A DNA stretch of 43,864 nucleotides. Source: Prasinococcaceae sp. CCMP 1430. Lineage: Eukaryota > Plantae > Prasinodermophyta. Made by a program: the position numbers and the translations under genes. The notes under the pieces were generated by a model, which saw nothing but the letters and a program-made list of their open reading frames with translations, had not been told where the DNA came from and made no database searches. Positions 1 to 10,487 of this stretch are shown one piece after another. The stretch spans positions 1 to 43,864 of the forward strand of contig RQSC01000236.1 of the NCBI GenBank assembly GCA_013416795.1. The letters run 5' to 3'. The first letter of the stretch is position 1, and each line of letters starts with the position of its first letter.

Positions 1-67
1 CACGAGCGCTTCGCGCGCCTCGCCCGTCCCCCCTCCCATCCCCCAACACCCGCGCGAGCGCGCGCAT
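1..67 (-). CDS. Possible first exon (MRALAR) of a gene running off the left edge
   Basis: Minus-strand ATG at 67 gives ATG CGC GCG CTC GCG CGG followed by GTGTTG (donor-like), resembling other first exons here. No downstream exon is available to confirm it. Confidence 0.2.
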   Translation of the reverse strand, partial: MRALARVLGDGRGDGRGARSAR

Positions 68-464
68 TCGAAACGGCACCGCCCCAACAGCCGTTTTTGC
101 GCGCCTTACAGAAGCGCGTTTCGGCGCGCGCGTCGCACGCGAAAACACGCGATTCGATCTGTCCCCGGAAGGTTTCGAGCGGGCGTACCGAATGTTTGAT
201 TTGGATTACCGTCGACTGGACGAATATGAGATTGGTTGGAATACGTGCATAAGTTCACGGATTGTATACTTGAAATAAGTTCTTTCCGGCGACTCGTTCA
301 AAAAATGATTCTAGGTGATAAATTGCGGATAATTCGCGCGAACAAAAAGCGGCGTGTGGCGCGCGCTGCTGCTGCGGCGCCCGCCGCGCCACAGCGGTGG
401 GGCGGGCGGGACGCCCGGCACCTCGCCCGCGGCGTGGGTTGCTGCGACGGAGGGGTCGTGTGGG

Positions 465-1280
465 ATGGCAGCGCGGGTGGCGGTGCGGAACTGCGCCCCG
501 CCCTCCCCCCGCCCACTCCCCCCCACGCGACGGAGGGGATCCGAACGCGCGCGGCGGTGCGGCCGCGCGCGGCGGGTGATGGCGGCGAAGGCGGGGGCAG
601 CGATGAGGACGGCAGCGAGAAGGGCGAGGGCAAGGACGAGGAGAAGGAATACGACGTCATCATCCGAGGCTTCGGGTCTTCGCAGGGGGGGAAGTACGGT
701 CTAGGTGCGGTGAAGGCGCCTGCGTGCGAGGGTGGGCGCACTTCCCATGCGATGCCCACGCGCGCGGTCCTACGAACGCTCTCATGGCATTGAGTGCTCC
801 CGGCGCGCCTGCATCTGTCAGCACGCGCGTGCGGCTGACGCTGAGCCTCTGCGGCGACCCCGCGCGTCGCAGGCCCGCGCACGGACCAGCTTCTTGACTT
901 TTCGGCGAGCCCCGACGTGCTGTTCATCTGCCTGCTACTCACCGTCTTCCTCATCATCGGCGTCATCATGGGCGGCCCGCCGCCGCAGTCATACGAGCAG
1001 GAGTACGCCGCGGAGATCGAGGCCTACAGAGCCAAGAAGGTGCGTAGGAGGGAGCACACGGCGCAGCTACGCGCCCGCGGTATGGACTAGCGCTCGCGCG
1101 TGGCGCTGACTGCCTGCTGACGCGCACTGCCCGCCTGTTGCACATTCGCGGCCCCGCTACGCACTCCCCCGCCTCACGCCGCAGGCCGAGGACGCGCGCG
1201 CCGAGGCACAGGCGGCAGCAGCCGCGCTGTCCGCACCGCCGCCCGTGGCGGAGGGCACACCGGCGCCGCCGCTCGATTGA
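465..1280 (+). CDS. Small single-pass membrane protein (~150 aa), possibly plastid-targeted, unknown family
   Basis: Exon model 465-482, 536-704, 873-1039, 1185-1280 with phase-compatible GT-AG introns (CTGAC branch points in introns 2 and 3). Gives an acidic linker, a hydrophobic segment VLFICLLLTVFLIIGVIMGG and an Ala-rich tail. First exon tentative. Confidence 0.6.
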
Positions 1281-1460
1281 TGCCCGCGGGTGCGGGTGTT
1301 GGTGCCGGTGCCTGCTCACCCGAGCGCACAGGGCAACAGCGGCAGCAGCGGCAGCAGCGGCAGCATTAGAGCATAAAGCGTCCTCACGACACTCCGTAAT
1401 TATCAACAGACAAGGCGAACTCGCGCGCACGGCGGCACGTCGGGTGTAGGGTGGTCGGGT

Positions 1461-2513
1461 TCACCGCCTCCTCTTCATGCGCCCCGCCCTGTCGTCCTCT
1501 GTGAGCTCCATCGCCACCGGCATGCTGTCGAAGGACTCGTGCGCGCCACCCGCCCAGCCCTGGCGCGCACGTGCCCCGCTCCCGCCGCCGCCTCGCTCCT
1601 CGGCCTCCTTTCGCACGCTGTAGCCGAGCGCACAGCCTACAGTCAGCCACGATGACGCAACGCGTGCGCGATGTGTGCGCCGCCCCGGGCGTCCACGCAA
1701 GCGCGCAGACACGTGCGCTACGCCCGCGCGCCAGTCGCTCCGCTTCGCGCCCGCACACACCTTTCCTTCTTCGCTTCGAGCTCCTTCTCTGCGCGAGCGG
1801 CGGCGTCGCTGCTTGCCTTGACGGACGCCGCGCTCTGCTCGATGGTCTGCAGTAGCGCACCAGTGTTCGCCTCCCACCGCTCCAGCCCTGCCACGATGTC
1901 CTTGAGGCTCTCTCGCGGCACGTCGCGCCCCGCGCAGCCGCGCACGTGGAACATGCGTCGCTGCTGGTCGAGCGTGCCGCGCACCAGGCCCGTGTACATG
2001 CACTCATTGATGAGGAGGTCCTCGAGCTCGCGCGTCGAGCCGATCTCGAGGGTCGCCTGCAGCTCGTCGTACGTGAGCTCTGCGGAGCGCTCAGCGAGCG
2101 ACACCACCGTGAGCTGGCGCAGCTTACGCTCGGCGGCCGCGTCGAGCGGCGGCAGCGCGGGGGAGCCACTCGCGCGAGCAGCGCGATAGTCCGCCCATGT
2201 GCCGTACGCGAAGAGTTTCAGGAGGGACAGCGCGGGCTCGTGCTCTGTGTTGGCAAGCTATTGGAGTGCAGGGGGCGTTTGGGTGCGCGCAGCGGCTTGT
2301 CAGGACGGGCACGCACGCGTGCGTTGACGGCGCTGGTAGCGCCGAGCAGCGGCGCGCAAGGCGCGCGCGACGCACCGCTTGCATGCCAGGCACATCCAGT
2401 ATCTCGGCAAACGCAAACACCCCCGGGTGCGCGGCCGCCTCGGCGGCGAGCGGCGATGGCGTCGAGCAGCTTCGCGCCCTGCGGGAGCGCCGCCCACGCG
2501 CCGTCCACGCCAT
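1461..2513 (-). CDS. CSN7: COP9 signalosome subunit 7 (PCI domain)
   Basis: Spliced exons give AAHPGVFAFAEILDVP / LLKLFAYGTWADY / KLRQLTVVSLA / RELEDLLINECMYTGLVRGTLDQ..AGRD, all CSN7 hallmarks. Stop at 1461. True start unresolved (see findings). Confidence 0.9.
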
Positions 2514-2815
2514 CCGGCGCGCAGTTGAAGATGCGCACGCCGCTCGCGTCGCCCGCCGAGCCCGCGAGTGGCGCGGGGAGCGATCCGCTCCCGCCGCCGC
2601 CCCGCTGCGACTCCTGCACGCACGCGCCGAGGGCCTTCCAGAAGCGCCCCGCCTCGGGCACGCCCGCCAGCGCCTCGAGCGTGAACGGCACCGCGTCCAC
2701 GACGCTCATCACGCCGCCATCGCCGGCGACGCCGCCCTGCGTTGCGCACCTGCAGACGATCGCGACCGAGGCGAGCGCCTTGACCCTCGCGTGGCTCATC
2801 GCGCCCTTGAGCGCC
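2451..2815 (-). CDS. Unidentified coding segment upstream of CSN7 in a different frame
   Basis: Frame ALKGAMSHARVKALASVAIVCRC...VVDAVPFTLEALAGVPEAGRFWKALG...LLDAI has coding-like G/C-ending codons. It is cut by the single N at ~2816. Confidence 0.45.
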
Positions 2816-2816
2816 G

Positions 2817-4033
2817 NGCATGTGCGTCCGCTGCGGCGCGCGCGCGCGTGGATGACGAGGCCGTGTGGCGGGCGCTGGCGGTCGGCGTGGCGCAGGGCGC
2901 CGACGCCAACGCGTGCGGACGGTGCGTGGGTGCAGCAGCGGACGCCGCGCGCTCGCCCCGAGATTGGGGACTCGTGCGGTGGAAGACGCTCTGCCAGGTG
3001 CTGCACGCGGCCGCGCCGCTCGTCGGGAGCTGGCGCGAGGCCGGGCCAACACAGGCGGGTCCCGGAGACACCGACGCGCACGCAAGTAGCGCAGGGGACG
3101 TCGAGCGGCTGAGTCTCGACGTCGCGTGGCGGCACGGCGGGGCGCTCGTATATGAGACGCTGCGCGTCGGGCACGCTTTCCGCCGGCGCGTGCTGGGCGT
3201 CGTCGTTGCGTCGGAGGAGCTCGTCGTGGCCGATGCGCGACAGCGCACGGACGCACACTGCGGCCCCGCGCTGTCATTCTGCAGTGCCGAAAACGCCCAT
3301 GACGTATACGAGCCCGACGAGACGGGGCTGCTCTTCGACATCGAGTGCATCGAGGTACGCATTCGACCCTGCTTCATTGTGTGTGTGTGTGGGTGGGTTG
3401 GGAGATGCGCGGGGGAAGGGCGGGGGGCGGTATGCGCGTGACGCGCCGCTGACACATTGTGTCTTGTGATTGCGCACGTGCCGCATTCTGCTGCCGTGCT
3501 CGCAGGGGTGCAGAGACGACGACATGCCAGCACGGGCGTCTGCGTGCTTGTCCTGCGACGCCGGCGGCGGCGATGCGTGCAGCAGCTCGGCCTTCTTCTC
3601 CGGCTGCGGCAGCGAGGCGCTTTGCTCAGGCTCCGGGCGCTGGGCGCTGCGAGCGCGCGTATGCGCAGGCTTCGGACTCGCGCGCGTTGGGGCCAAGGCA
3701 CTCGTGGTGGTCGAGCCCGAGGTAAGGGGCATTGCCGCAGGGTTGGAGGGCTTGAGCTTGAGGCGACGGCGTTCCGGGTCGTCCGGGGACTGCATCGCGA
3801 GTGCGGCGTCGGTGTCGCCGAGCTTCGAGCGCTCGCTGAGCGCCTTCATGGGCGCTAGCTCGAGCCCCGGCTCGGGTTCGGCCCGCTCGGCGCGTCGCAG
3901 AGAGAGGAGGCGGAAGGAGGGCACCGCCGAAGAGGGCTCCGTTGCGCGTGGGTGGAAGAACGGCGTGCGCGCTGGCGACGTATTCCTGCTGCGAGCAGCG
4001 TCCTCGACGCGACCACACACACCCTATTTCTAA
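2817..4033 (+). CDS. F-box-like protein, 5' truncated
   Basis: Begins after the N with ACASAAARARVDDEAVWRALA, which resembles the end of an F-box motif. Phase-0 intron 3355-3505 with CTGAC. Ser-rich second exon ends at TAA 4033. Confidence 0.55.
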
Positions 4034-4070
4034 ATCCTCAGAAGATACAAACGAGGTGACCCATTTATGC

Positions 4071-5964
4071 TCACAGGATGCCCTCGTCCCTGCGCTTGCG
4101 CTCTATGTGCTCCCTCTGCTCCGCCTTGCGCGCGCGCTTGGCGGCGTTCCCGGCCTCACGCTTGTCGAGGCGCTCCTTGGTCTCCTGATCGTTGTACGTG
4201 CGCTTTCGGAGGTCCGCGGCGAGCTGGACGGGCTCATAGCCCTCGGCGGCCGCCACACGCTGTGGGCCGTATCGCGAGGGGAGGCGGCGTGGCGGCGCGC
4301 GCGCGGCACGTCAGCTCCCCGTCGTGCGTCCGCGCGTGGGCGCACATGCCAAACCACTCGATCTGCCTCATAATTCGCCACGGCACTCGACCACACCCAA
4401 CGCCACGCCCATAGCCAACACACAGACACGCATACACACACGTAATGCTCGCCGCTCGTGCGCACCTCCTCGTTGAGGGCCGCAGTCAGCACCTCGCTAG
4501 TGTCAGCGTCTCCCTCGATGGCAACGGATGCTACGAGTTCCTCCGCGGACTTCGCGCGCACCGCGGCAGCGGCGAGCGCGGCGTCGCCTTCGATGCACAC
4601 GCGCGCGAGCCCGCATGGTGGCGCGCCGAGCTCCCGCGCGGCGGCAAGCGCGCTGCTGAGCGCTTCGGAGCGTGCGGTGTCGACGGCAAGGCGGCGGCCG
4701 CCATCGGTGAGGAGCAACACAGTCACGCCCGGGGCGTCCTCCACCGCCGCCGCGAGCGCGCCGCCGCCGAGGCTGACCACGTCAACCACCGCCTTGCATG
4801 CGCCCTCCTCGCGCGCGCAGTCCCACCGGGCGAGCTCCTCCCCGCTGCGCCACGCCCAAACGCGCACGCTGCCGTCGCCACCGCACGTCACTAGCACGGC
4901 GTCGCCATCACCCTCGCCATCCGCATCCGCAGCGCCGGGCACGCCCTCCACGAAAGCGACCTTGGTGAGGAAGTCCTCGTGCCCGAGGCAGAAGCTGAGC
5001 ACCTCTGCCGCGCCGCCGCGTGCGCCGCACATCTCGCGATTGAGCGACCCACCGCGCGGCCACGCCGTGAGCCGGCAGCGGCCGTCGCGGTCACCGGTGG
5101 CGAGCGCCGCGCCGCACGGCGACGCCGCGAGCGAGCCAATGATGGAGCAGCAGTGGCCCAGCACCAGCGACAGCGGGCGCGATTCGGCGTCTGGGGCGAG
5201 GCCCACCTCGCAGGGCGGCCACACCTCCGTCATGGCGATGCCAAAGACGTCGCCCCACTTGTCGGCGACGAGCAGCCACTCGCCCTCGTCGTCAGCCGCA
5301 CCGGCGGCCGCGCCGCCGGCGAAGCACACCGCGGACGCGCGCTTGGGCGTGGGCGCGCGGTACACGACTCGTCGAAAATTGGTCGGGCGCGCGAGGTCGT
5401 ACACGCTCACGTGCTTGTCGTCGGTCGCCGCCGCGACAAAGTCGCCCGACGCGTGCACGCAGAGTGCAATGAACACGCCTGCTGCACCGGAAAGGAGCAA
5501 AGCGTGCGTGTTTTTGCGAGGGCGCGCACGATGGCGCGTGTGCGTGCATGCCCGTGCGCGCGAGCGCGTACGAGGTGGCGGCGCTCGTCAGGCGCGGATC
5601 GTCGCGCGAGCGCAGTGGGGCGCGCGGCGCGCGCGCCAGGTGCGCTGAACGCTCGCTGTGCGCTCCCCCGCCCATGTGCGCGTGCACGCACCGCCCTCTC
5701 CCGCGTCGATCGCCATGCACGACCCATCCTTGCAGCGCACGGCGAGCCGGCGGCCCGCCGCCGCGGCCAGCACGGAGGCGCCGGGGCGTCCCTCCGCGCG
5801 CGGTGTGGCCAGCCCGCGCGCCACCCGCGCGCGGTGTGGCAGCTCACACACGCACGCGCACATGCTCACACGCACCTACCACCTACCACCACACACACAC
5901 ACCATCTCCACCCGCGCGCGCGGCTGGCGGCCCGCAGCCGCCGCACCGCCGCGGCCGCGCACAT
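4071..5964 (-). CDS. TRM82/WDR4: tRNA m7G46 methyltransferase non-catalytic WD40 subunit
   Basis: Motifs LLVADKWGDV, LGHCCSII, ATGDRDGRCR, SFCLGHEDFLT and C-terminal LRKRTY. Internal splice junctions are phase-compatible. Start at ATG 5964 is tentative. Confidence 0.85.
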
Positions 5965-6264
5965 ATTAACCCTATCAACCAGGAGACCCTTAATCGTGCT
6001 TTTTCTGTACTGTACAGTAACCTTAACCTCAACGCAACGGCGCCGAGCGCCTGCTGCGCCACTCGGCGAGCGGCTCAACAGCCCCTCCCCCCCACACACA
6101 CACACACCACCCTCCCTCCTCCTCCCCCGCCGAAGCACGCCGCGCGCGCACCCGCTGCGCGACGCCCAAAGGTCGGATCGCGGGGGAGCGGGCGGGGGGG
6201 GGGGGGAATTTGGCCGAACGCCTCCTCGCGGCGGCGCGGCGCTGCGCGGCGCTGCGCGGCGCGC

Positions 6265-7671
6265 ATGGAGCGTGTCGCCCGGGGGCGCGGCGCGGTCGCC
6301 GGCGGTGAGTCCGTGGCGCGCGGGAGGCCCGAGGAGCGCCTGGTGGACGTCGGGCGCATCGTGGGCGTCCTTGGAGGGGGCGTGTGCTACGAGGAGCGAT
6401 ACGTGCCGCTCCCCGGTGGAGATGACGACGAGTGGCTCGCGCTGCGCGTATTCGCGTGCGCGCACGGCGCGGACGGTCGTGCGGCTCCTGCTCCGCGGTC
6501 TGCAGGCGGCGAAGGGGAGCGAGCGGACGGCGGGGAAGGTGGCCCTGGCAGCGGCAACGACACCAAACTGGAAGGCACTCTGCCCGTGCTCGTGTATGTG
6601 CACCCGTGGGCGGTCATGGGGGGCCGCCAAGACATGCTCCTGCGACGCTCGGCGCTCATATCTCGCCAACACGGCATGCACGTGGTCACATTGGACCTTC
6701 GAGGGGCGGGAAATTCCGACGGGAGGTGAGGCGGCCGCAGACGAGCGTCGTGCGACGCGTGCGTGCATGGCCCGCTGCGACTTACAATGCGCGACCGATG
6801 TGCTGAAACTGCCTCGCTTTCGCTCGGCACCTCGCCGCCTGCAGCTCGACGCTGCGCGGTGGCCCAGAGGTTGATGACATTCTCGCCGCACTGAGCTACG
6901 CATCAGCGCGCTTCGCGGGCAGCGAGCTCCTCCTCGCCGGCGAGTCCGCAGGTGGGCCATTCGCCGGATCGGCGCTCGCCAGGGACCCGCGCGTGGCTGG
7001 ATTCGTTGCAATCGGATATACCTGGGGGTTCTGGACGTCAGTGCTCTTCGGCCGCCACTTCAAGGCGCTCATGCGAGCGCGAGCGCCGCGCCTGTTCGTG
7101 ATGGGCTCAGACGACTGCTTCACGTCCATCCGCACGCTGCGCAAGCGGGTTGCGAGGTGCATCAAGGAGTCCGGAAATGAGTACGCCGACTTCGAGGTCG
7201 TGCAAAGCGTCGGTCACTTCGCCCTCGAGGGCCCGGACTACGATGCGCACGTGGCCGAGCGCATAGGCGCCTTCGTGCACCGCGTGCTGCGGGGCGACTT
7301 CAGGCGGTCAGTGGCGGCGACAGCAGGTGATGCACGGTCGAAAGTCGAGGGTGAGGCGACGCCAGTGGCGTTTGGCTGCGAAGGCGGCGCTGCCGCGCAG
7401 GCGACGCAGGCCTCGCCTGTTGCTGCAGCGAGTCTGCCGCCGGACGCCCGGGTGTGAGTGTGTGCCTTTCCTGACGCGCTCGCGCGCGTTCGCGCGCGCG
7501 CGGGGGCCAGCAGCCAGCGGGACTGCCTTGGGCCTCTTCCGCCGCGCCGCAGCAGCTGCGTGCGCCGTCGCACTCGCCGCTGGCGTCGCGCATGCGATCA
7601 CGCGCCCGAGGCGTGCGCGCGGCGTCGGCCACCGCTCTGCAGCGGCCGCCCGCGGCGGACAACAGACGTAA
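6265..7671 (+). CDS. Alpha/beta hydrolase with a probable C-terminal hydrophobic tail
   Basis: VYVHPWAVMGG, DLRGAGNS, nucleophile elbow GESAG, Asp in MGSDDCFT, His in VGHF. The unspliced frame stops at 7457; an intron at 7454-7517 extends it to 7671. Confidence 0.8.
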
Positions 7672-8737
7672 CGGTTCGGCGCCTTTCCCTCCGTTGCCAT
7701 CTCAGCAGACTTGCGGGCTGGTCTCCTTCTTGCGCGCTGCATGTATTTCGGCATTGGGATTGGTGCGACAGCGGTGCGCGCGCCCCCGGCCCGCGCCCCG
7801 GCGAGCCCCGCGACAGATGGGATCCCCCGGGTGCGCAGCGCAGCGCGCCACGCCGCGTGCCCCACCCTCCATCACTCAGCAAGGCTTGGTTACTGGAGGC
7901 ACGTCGGAGCCCCCTCGCGCGCCCGCTAACCAACCGCGGCGGCCACATGCCTGAGCGCAGCAGCCCCCGACCCACCGACCGACCGAGGCCTGGGTTGGTT
8001 GATTGGTTTGGCTGGTTCCCCACACGCTCCCATCCGACGAGCTACACCGACCGAGACCAACCAACACCTGGCTTGGAGCTTCCCTCCTCGTCGTGAGTCG
8101 GTACAGTAGTGCGGGCGCGTCTAGCTCGTGGAGAACCAAGCTGGGGTTCCTGACGACCTGCCGGCCGCCGGCTTCTCATCGTCTCTTGGGGCGCCGCCGG
8201 TGCGCGCGCGAGATCCCGCCGCGCCGCCGCGGGGCCGCGGCGGCCGACCACAGCGCGAACGGGGGCGCGCGGGCGCGAGCGCGCAGGGGGGGGCGCGAGG
8301 CGCGAGGCCTTCGGTTGAGCTCGGACCGACGAAGGGGAGTCGGAGGGGGGGGGGCGGGTTTGGGGGATAACGCGGTGGTGAGCACGCTACGGCAGCGCTG
8401 CTGGAAGACGAGGGTAGTAGCCTGGTGAGCCCGCGTGACCAGGGGGGGGGGAGGGGGCGCCCAGCGCAGCACTGAGCGGTGGCAGCATTGCGTGAGGGGA
8501 GGCAACGTGCGTGGCACAAGTGGTGCGGGTGCCCTCGCGGAAAGCGCGACTCCTGCTCCCGCCCGCCGCCCCCGCCCCTCCCCCCTCTCCCCATCCCTCA
8601 CCTTTACACCCCGCAATTGAGAGCCAGGACCCTTCGCCTGCTTGCTGGTGAGGGTGGCAAGAAGCTGACGCCTGTGCTGTCTCGTGCTCCCGTCCACGCG
8701 CGCGCGCGCGCGCACGCGCGCTGCCAGCGTACGAATC

Positions 8738-9419
8738 ATGCGCGAGGCGGCGTTGCAGTCAGCCGAAGCGCCAGGCTGCGCGACTGGAGGAGGAATGCAC
8801 CGCTCGTGGCGCCCCGCGCCTGTCGAGGTGTCGCTCGAGGACTGTCTCGCAGGCAAGGGGATGAAGCACAGCGACTCGCAGGCGACATTTATTTGTCTGG
8901 ATGACGATTGTGATGGTGAGGACGGCGGTGGCTCCCAGAGCAGCAGCGTGACCACACCCAGGGGCGACGTCAACACGATCACCAATAGCGAGTGCGCCGA
9001 TTCTCCGCTCTCACGGTGCCACTTGCGCGGTCTGGACGAGGCGCAGCTGCCACCTCTGAACCACAAGCTCGCCATGGGCGTCATGGACAATCAGGTGGTG
9101 CACAAGGTACGCAGACAAGGCGCACTTTCGCTTGCTCACACGACCCCCCGCACCTTTCCCGAACACGTGCTCAACCACATGACGGACGCACCCGAGCGCT
9201 CGTGCTGTGGCCAATTTTGCTGACGTGTCGCCGCGTCCTCCTTCACAGCGGGTGTCGGACTTGGATGCGCTCATCGACGAGGACAGCGCCGTCGGGTGCT
9301 ACAACGAGCCGCTGGCCTTCGGTGGCACGCTCAGGATTGTTGCATACTTCGCGCGCGCTGTAGCCTGGCTCGCGGGCGACGGCACACGGCGACGGCGATA
9401 CGACCGGGAGTCCCAATAA
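8738..9419 (+). CDS. Hypothetical protein (~180 aa), two exons
   Basis: ATG 8738 ORF to CACAAG|GTACGC, a phase-0 intron with CTGAC ending CTTCACAG|, then a second exon RVSDLDALIDED...YDRESQ*. No recognised domain. Confidence 0.55.
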
Positions 9420-9711
9420 GCATATGGGTCAGGGTCCGTGCATACGGTAGCGACACGCGGACGTCAGGGGGCGCACGGGCAGGCTCGTGAGGGCGCACAT
9501 GTAGGGTAATCAGAAGAATAGTTACGGAAGACACTCACAGGCAACCTGCGGTGCTCGAGACGGGGCCCGTCGCGCCAGCTGGGGGTCGCCGTACGAGCTG
9601 CGGGCCACTGCGAACGCGCGATTATGACCGCGCCCTGCGGCACGTGCTCTGAGCACTCGTGCACAGCGCGGCGCGACCGCATGCGACGAAACGTGAGATT
9701 GCCGGCCTCCC

Positions 9712-10486
9712 TTAGATTTCCATGACATTCTTCTCGATGCTTTCGATGACACTGGGCACCACGCTGGCGTCCTTGGCAGGGTCCGGCAAGCCCCAGTCCA
9801 CCGAGCGCAAGCCGGGCGCCCACGGGCACTGGCCATCCATGCAGCCCATGGTCACCAGGAGGTCCCACTGATCGTATCCTCCGATCGCGGGGTCGTCGTG
9901 CGCCTTGGAGCGGAGCCCGTCCAGCGAGTAGCCGCGCTCCGACAGGGCGGCAGACATGACCGGGTTGATTTTCCCGCTCGGGTACGTGCCGCACGAGGCG
10001 ACGACGAGGTCGCTGCGCTTCGTGCGGCAGATGGCCTCGGCGGCGATCTGCGGGCGCCGACAAGCGCAGCGTCAGCCGTCCGCGCCCTCGCGTTTCACAA
10101 TCGTCGCGCCCGACGACGCGCGCGTGCGCAGGCGGGCGCGTCGCCATCGCACGCGCGCGCGCGCACGCACCGACCGCCCTGCGTTGTGCCCGCACACGAA
10201 GAGCACGCGCTTCACCGAGTTGACCACAACCCTTTCCTCCGTGTCCTCCAAGCCCTCGTCGCTAGCGGCCGCCTCGCGGCTGTCGGCCCCCGATTGCGCT
10301 CCATCAGCGCCGCCGCCAGTGCTGGCACCCGTGAGTAGACGTTCGGCGTAGTCCGCCGCGTCCTCGCACAGGGCGCGGCGCGTTGGCGCCCCGTTCTCCG
10401 AGAAAAGGTACTCGGCGGCGTCCTGAATGCCGCCCTCGAGGGCGGAAGCGTCGATGCCCCCGATGCCGCCCCTGTTGCTGTCATTG
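9712..10486 (-). CDS. arsC: LMW-PTP-fold (thioredoxin-coupled-type) arsenate reductase domain with N-terminal extension, 5' truncated
   Basis: KRVLFVCGHNAGRS|IAAEA (CX5R P-loop), SCGTYPSGKINP, LLVTMGCMDGQCP (resolving Cys pair) and DWGLPDP. One phase-0 intron. Cut by N at 10487. Confidence 0.85.
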
Positions 10487-10487
10487 N

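Noticed and set aside
705-1184. Introner-type repetitive introns
   Set aside because: The introns I compared share only splice signals and (GC)n tracts, not extended similarity.
7700-7770. Minus-strand peptide ARKSAEMATEGKAPNR resembling a histone H3 tail
   Set aside because: Only a 4-5 residue match, with no histone fold or supporting gene structure.
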